Assembly (NCBI GenBank): GCA_964016885.1
Contig: OZ024751.1
Location: forward strand, 3,348,001-3,412,000
Direction of reading: 5' to 3'
DNA length: 64,000 nt
DNA from: Eledone cirrhosa
Taxonomy: Eukaryota
Within the stretch, counting starts at the first letter, position 1, and every line of letters begins with the position of its first letter. Below, in pieces: positions 58,078 to 64,000 of this stretch. The notes under the pieces were generated by a model that ran no database searches, was not told the DNA's origin, and saw nothing but the letters and a program-made list of their open reading frames with translations. The position numbers and the translations under genes were made by a program.

Positions 58078-60214
58078 TCAAGGCCGTTGATTTATCGTAG
58101 GAGTGTCAATCCAGTTACAGATCAGATGCGATTTCAGATGAGGACAGCATCTGAAGATCTCAGTCTTTGAGTTAAGGCAAGCGGAAGTGGCTCTCAAGTT
58201 TAGCAAAATCCTATACTTTTCTGTGGTACACAAAGAACAATTCTTTGTGCCCCTTTGGTACTCCCTCGAATGGTCTAATATAGACCAATCAATAGAGTAC
58301 GGGATATTACTATCCTTGAGATCCCATACCTTACTTGCGAGGGCCGTTGATGTTCGTTTATCTGAGTGTTTAAAAGAAGCGACATGTGAGTAAAATCTGG
58401 TTTTAAACCTGTCCTGGGTCATACCGACATATCGCTCACTTCTGGCTGGCTGGTTGTTGATAATTGGCGTTATCTTAGCCTCATAAACGACAGATTTTGT
58501 GTTACATTTACCCTGCAATGGGCATTCATCCGGCTTCCTGCAACTGCATCCTGGATTTATCCTCGTACGGTTTGAACTGGTGATTTTGGACTTCATGGAT
58601 GGGCAACAAGAGTAGCTGATCTTAACTACATTCCTATTAAAAATTTTATAATATCTATGAATAGGAGGAAAATGTTTGTCTAATAGTTCAAGGAATTTCC
58701 TTCCTACATTAGTTTTGACATTTAGAGAGAAGGGGGGTGTGAACCAAATAATCTTCCTTTTCCTGTTATTATGGTTATTTTAAGGGGGGGGGGGTAGGTA
58801 AATAAGAAATATTTTCTGTAAAACCGCTGTTCTTAAAGGCTTTATTATAATAAGGGGCGGCTTTATTAAAAATGTCTATAGACGAAGATAAGGTAGAAAT
58901 CCTACGGCTAATGTTAGGAATAAGATTATTAAAAACTATAGGGGGATGGCAAGACTCTTTGTGTATATACCTAAGATTTTCATTAGGTTTATGATAGGGT
59001 TTAAAAGAGGCAGTAAGTAGATCAAGATTAATATCAAGAAAGTTAGCATTAGTAAGGTTCGTATCTATAGTAATTTTAAGGTTAAGATTAGCAAAAGTAC
59101 TAATTAAATCTTTACGGAATTTATCAAGATTATGGCCGTTGGTGGTATGAGAAACTGCTAATCCGTCATCACGGTATAAACCGATATTATGGGACGGAAA
59201 TTTCTCTTTGAGTGTGTGGAGAAGGAATAATCCTACTAAGTCGCACACATCCGCACTGTCATAGGAACCCATTGCAACATCGAAAGAGTTTTTAGGGTTT
59301 GACTTTTTAACCCATATATTATCATTAGTAAAAATAAAGTTTTTCTAGCATGAAAGATAATGTCCTCTTCTAATTTGGAGATATTAATGAAGGGTCTTGC
59401 AAAATCTAAGGCTTTAGTTAATAAGGAAACAGTAATAGAAGGGTAAAAATCGACAATATCAAATTGGGTAAATCTACACTTATTTTTACCTTGTATATTA
59501 TTGAACCAAGAAATAACAGAGGAAGTATTTAGCCACTGTGAAAGGACAGTGTTAGTTCTAATTTGGAGAATTATTTTTCTTAAGATTTTCTTACAAGCAA
59601 GGCCAACCTCGGATTTAGCCGGGTTAATCAGTCTACAACTAGGTCGATTAGTAAAGTCCAATTTATGGTCTTTAAGGGTAATATATGCTTTACGCTTAGC
59701 TAAGCTTTCAATCCGGTTATCTATTTGTAAAGAACTAGCTAGTTCTTTAGCTTCTTTATTGATAGTATTGTAGCTATTATTATTAGTTAATTGATATTTA
59801 TTGGTAATACTATTAGTTAAAAGTTGGTTATACGAATTACTATTAACTTCAAAGAGGTTTTTAGTTTTATCAGAAAGAACGAAAGTGTTTGTAGAATTTC
59901 TAAAATTAGAGATATCGTTAGAAAGTTTAGTTTGAAAATTATTATTGTACTTACGAAATTTGATATCACTAATTAGATTAACGAGGTCTAATTCGAAGTT
60001 GGCCATGTCTTTAATTCTAGGTGGATATTTACGGGATTTAATGTCAAAATAATCTTTAGTATCAGCACTGAATAGTCCATCGTAAACCATTGCCTGCCTT
60101 CCATCTCATTCTTTTAACGACCTGTTCGATTTTATCAATGAGGATTTTGGTGTATGTCGTGTTGGAAGGAGTGGGTATGTTTTTGATAGAATAATCCAAA
60201 TCATAAAGGTCCAT
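58078..60214 (-). pseudogene. Naiad PLE RT + GIY-YIG ORF, complete but frameshifted
   Basis: Starts MDLYDLDYSIKNIPTPS..KRMRWKA (ATG 60214); 4 bp duplication at 60091-60098; ITLKDHK, RLINPAKSE, QFDIVDFYPSI, MGSYD, GLYRDDGL, WFTPP, CSCR..CPLQGKC..VVY..YVG. Confidence 0.92.
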
Positions 60215-60377
60215 GGTGTATGTTGGTTAAATTCCTGAAAACTGTAGAGTGCTCAACTAATCGGGCTGGAAAGTGCCAATCGTATATGTAATATAGAATA
60301 TGCTGCGATCAATCCCGGTTGGAGCTGTATAAATGAAGTAATTCCATCGGAAAAGTCCAGGAAAAAAGAGTAACTAA

Positions 60378-61074
60378 CCATAATAACAGGAAAGGGAAGA
60401 TTATTTGGTTCACACCCCCCTTCTCTCTAAATGTCAAAACTAATGTAGGAAGGAAATTCCTTGAACTATTAGACAAACATTTTCCTCCTATTCATAGATA
60501 TTATAAGATTTTTAATAGGAATGTAGTTAAGATCAGCTACTCTTGTTGCCCATCCATGAAGTCCAAAATCACCAGTTCAAACCGTACGAGGATAAATCCA
60601 GGATGCAGTTGCAGGAAGCCGGATGAATGCCCATTGCAGGGTAAATGTAACACAAAATCTGTCGTTTATGAGGCTAAGATAACGCCAATTATCAACAACC
60701 AGCCAGCCAGAAGTGAGCGATATGTCGGTATGACCCAGGACAGGTTTAAAACCAGATTTTACTCACATGTCGCTTCTTTTAAACACTCAGATAAACGAAC
60801 ATCAACGGCCCTCGCAAGTAAGGTATGGGATCTCAAGGATAATAATATCCCGTACTCTATTGATTGGTCTATATTAGACCATTCGAGAGAGTACCAAAGG
60901 GGCACAAAGAATTGTTCTTTGTTTACCACAGAAAAGTATAGGATTTTGCTAAACTTGAGAGCCACTTCCGCTTGCCTTAACTCAAAGACTGAGATCTTCA
61001 GATGCTGTCCTCATCTGAAATCGCATCTGATCTGTAACTGGATTGACACTCCTACGATAAATCAACCGCCTTGA
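60378..61074 (+). pseudogene. Inverted duplicate of the Naiad linker + GIY-YIG region
   Basis: 172 aa ORF 60556-61074 differs from 58078-58596 at only 3 residues. Confidence 0.9.
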
Positions 61075-61331
61075 ACTCCTTCTCTGCTCTTCACGTCTGC
61101 TACGGTTTTTATTTTGCTGATTCTACCTTCTGTACTCTTGTATATTTAAAAAAAATTTCTCTCTTACCTCCCCTTATATTTTTACCTCCTCTTAGCCCCC
61201 CCCCCCCATATATTATTTTTGTTTTGCCCTCCACATACCTATGTGTATGTGTATGTATTTTTGTGTGTATATATATGTGTGTGTATGTATATATATATGT
61301 ATGTGTGTATGTATATATGGGTGTGTATGTA

Positions 61332-61382
<51 letters not shown>

Positions 61383-61686
61383 TTGTATATGTGTATATAT
61401 ATGTATATTTGTGTATGTATATGTTTGTATATGTGGATAAACCAGGTTTTTTTCACGTTTTTTCATTCTGAAGACTGAAGGAAACATTTTTTGCTTTTAA
61501 GAAACCTCTGGTGAATGGAATAATTGCCTTATGTTGCTTTATTACCTTACTACTATATATACGTTTATGTAAGGTTCATTTGTCTTTGCTAATACTGAGT
61601 TTTACACATACACACATGTATATATGTGTGTGTGTATGTGTATGCACATGTGTATATGTACGTATGTGTGTATATGTGTGTGTATG

Positions 61687-61729
<43 letters not shown>

Positions 61730-61804
61730 ATGTATGTATGTATGTATATGTGTGTGTGTGTTTATTATTTTATTATTTTTTTATTTATATATGTGTGTGT
61801 GTGG

Positions 61805-61852
<48 letters not shown>

Positions 61853-62014
61853 ATTTGTTTTTTGGTTGTGCGTGTTTTTGATATATACGTATTTGCATGT
61901 GTATAATTGTTTAGCTATGTATGTATATGTGTGTTTACGTATATGCGTGTGTGTGTGTGCGTTTATATATTTTGTGTATATATATATGTATATATATATA
62001 TGTGTGTATGTGTA

Positions 62015-62057
<43 letters not shown>

Positions 62058-62329
62058 GTGTGTGTGTGAGTATATAATTACATATACATATGTGTGTGTG
62101 TTTAATATGTATACGTGTGCGTGTTTGTGTACGTATGTGTTTTTGTGTTTGTTTATGTATATTTATGTGTGAGAGTGTGTGTATGTGTTTACTGTTTCGT
62201 ACGTATGTGTGCGTGCTTTTTTTGTGTGTATTACTTACTACGCGTGTCTGTCCTGTTAACTGGGTCATGTATCGCTGTCAAAAATTTAAAAATGTATATA
62301 TATATATATATATATAATTGCTCTTCTTT

Positions 62330-64000
62330 GAACCTAAATTTATGGTTTGGTACTTCTGAAGTGATTGGCTGGTTCAACAAATTGGATAATAAAAACACCC
62401 TAAAATTTATTCAATTTGATATTGCCAGCTACTATTCCTCCATTTCGCCTTCACTTCTCAATAATGCTCTATCTTTCGCACTTAAATATTCTGACATCAC
62501 CACAGATGAACTTCACATCATCCTCACCGCACGTAAAACCATCCTAGAGTTCAACAACGAATATTGGACCAGAGCCGATACCTCTAACAACTTCGACATC
62601 ACAATGGTAACATCCGATTCATCCCAATTGACTGATTTTATTGGTATCTTCATTTTGAACTCTTTGAGTCGGAAAATTCCTCAACTTCGCGGTGGAATTT
62701 ATCGTGACGATGGACTCTTTACTATCCTAAATTGCAATATAGTTAACCTTAATATTATTAAGAACAATATACGTAATCTCTTTAACCAACATAACCTAAA
62801 AATTGAATTTGATAATAGTATCAAACTAGCTAATTTCTTGGATGTATCTCTTAATCTTGACACTGGCCTATATTACCCTTACCATAAAAACAATGAGAAC
62901 CTTAATTATGTTAACTTTAAATCTAACCATCCTACCAATATCAAGAATGCTATAGTTAATAATATTGGAAATAGAATATCTAACATATCTTCTAATAAAA
63001 ACATCTTTGATGCTAACGCCAATTACTATAATAACGCACTTTCTAAAGCCGGCTATCCAGATAAAATCAAATATAGTAAAGAAACAAATTCTAGAAAAAC
63101 TTACAGTAGAATAATTAATCATGACCATTCCAATAATTTTAATAAAAGACCTAGATACAAAAATATAATCTGGTATAATGCTCCTTTCTCCATCTCTATT
63201 AATAACAATATTCCTAAATTATTTTTTAGTGCCTTAAATAAATGCTTCCCTCACTCACATATCTATAGTAAAATATTTAACAAACACACCATCAAATTTT
63301 CGTATTCTACATCCTCCAATATTTCCAACATCATCTCTAAACACAACAATAAAATACTAAATACTAAATCTCTTCCTTCCAATATTGAATTTCATAATAA
63401 CAGTAATAGTACTCCCGACGTCATTGTAAACCCTAGGCTAACTTCTGTAAACCCAAATACAACGTCAAACACAACTTCGCTAAATGTTCATAATCCAACT
63501 CTAAATCAAGAAACTATTATTCCTATTATTCCTATCGCAAACAACTTCTCCAATCCAATTCCTTCTATAGATAACACTAGATCACTCATTAATAATCTCT
63601 CTAATTGCAACTGCCGCATTTAAAATAAATGTCCTCTCAACAACCATTGTCTCGATAAAAACTTAATTTATGAATGTAAAATTATAACTAGCACCAATTC
63701 CTTCACCTATTTTGGCTCCACTTCCACCTCTTTTAAAGCTCGTCTCTATAATCATCATTCATCTTTCAAATACAAACTTAAAAGAACTAACACTGCTCTC
63801 TCAGAACTCATATGGTCCTTAAAAGACAAAAACATTAAATATACCATCTTTTGGAAGAAGATTTCTCCTGCATCCTCATACTTGAACAGCTCTCTATCTA
63901 AAATCTGTAATCTCTGCCTAAATGAAAAATTTACCATTATCTCTAACCTAGATTCTATAATAAATAGACGCACAGATTTGTTTTCTATCTGCCTGCATAA
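62330..64000 (+). pseudogene. Third Naiad PLE RT + GIY-YIG, 5'-truncated, running off the window end
   Basis: FIQFDIASYY, FDITM, GIYRDDGL, NFLDVSLNL, SNHP, IIWYNAP, CNCRI*NKCPLNNHCL..LIY..YFG..FKARLYNH; in-frame TAA at 63621-63623. Confidence 0.9.

Larger units (their letters stand above)
56580..61925 (-). mobile_element. Near full-length Naiad PLE (60371->56580) with inverted duplicate of its 3' part (60372-61925, +)
   Basis: 57245-58775 is mirrored at 60378-61925; a 40 bp tail is repeated at 56582 and 60332; three hammerhead motifs. Confidence 0.92.

Noticed and set aside
39300-63960. Selenocysteine-encoding Naiad endonucleases (known in some Naiads)
   Set aside because: In the copies here the conserved Cys positions use TGT/TGC, apart from one Cys-to-Phe change in the 60556 duplicate. 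The in-frame stop at 63621 is TAA at a non-Cys position.

Overview
AT-rich eukaryotic (animal) DNA, probably from an octopus or other coleoid cephalopod. That assignment is inferred from a tRNA-derived SINE resembling octopus SINEs and from extreme (TA)n/(CA)n microsatellite density. The window is almost entirely transposon-derived. It holds at least ten Penelope-like element (PLE) insertions or fragments: one Neptune-type copy with an uninterrupted RT + GIY-YIG ORF, several Naiad-type copies, a Poseidon/Penelope-type endonuclease fragment and solo inverted pLTR pairs. It also holds a decayed autonomous Helitron with non-autonomous relatives, CR1-like and RTE LINE remnants, SINEs and a hAT MITE. 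A ~10 kb Thr/Asn/Leu-rich low-complexity block (19.6-29.9 kb) may be a mucin-like exon. The most notable signals are: (i) about 15 type-I hammerhead ribozyme motifs in the PLE termini, including non-canonical cores (compensated U3-A8 in two unrelated families, U4C in three) and stem II inserts over 100 nt; (ii) an HIV-type U UUU UUA slippery site linking ORF1 to the RT-EN ORF of the Neptune element; (iii) widespread fold-back palindromes, including a head-to-head chimera of two different Naiad families. All structures were read by eye and none was computed or searched.
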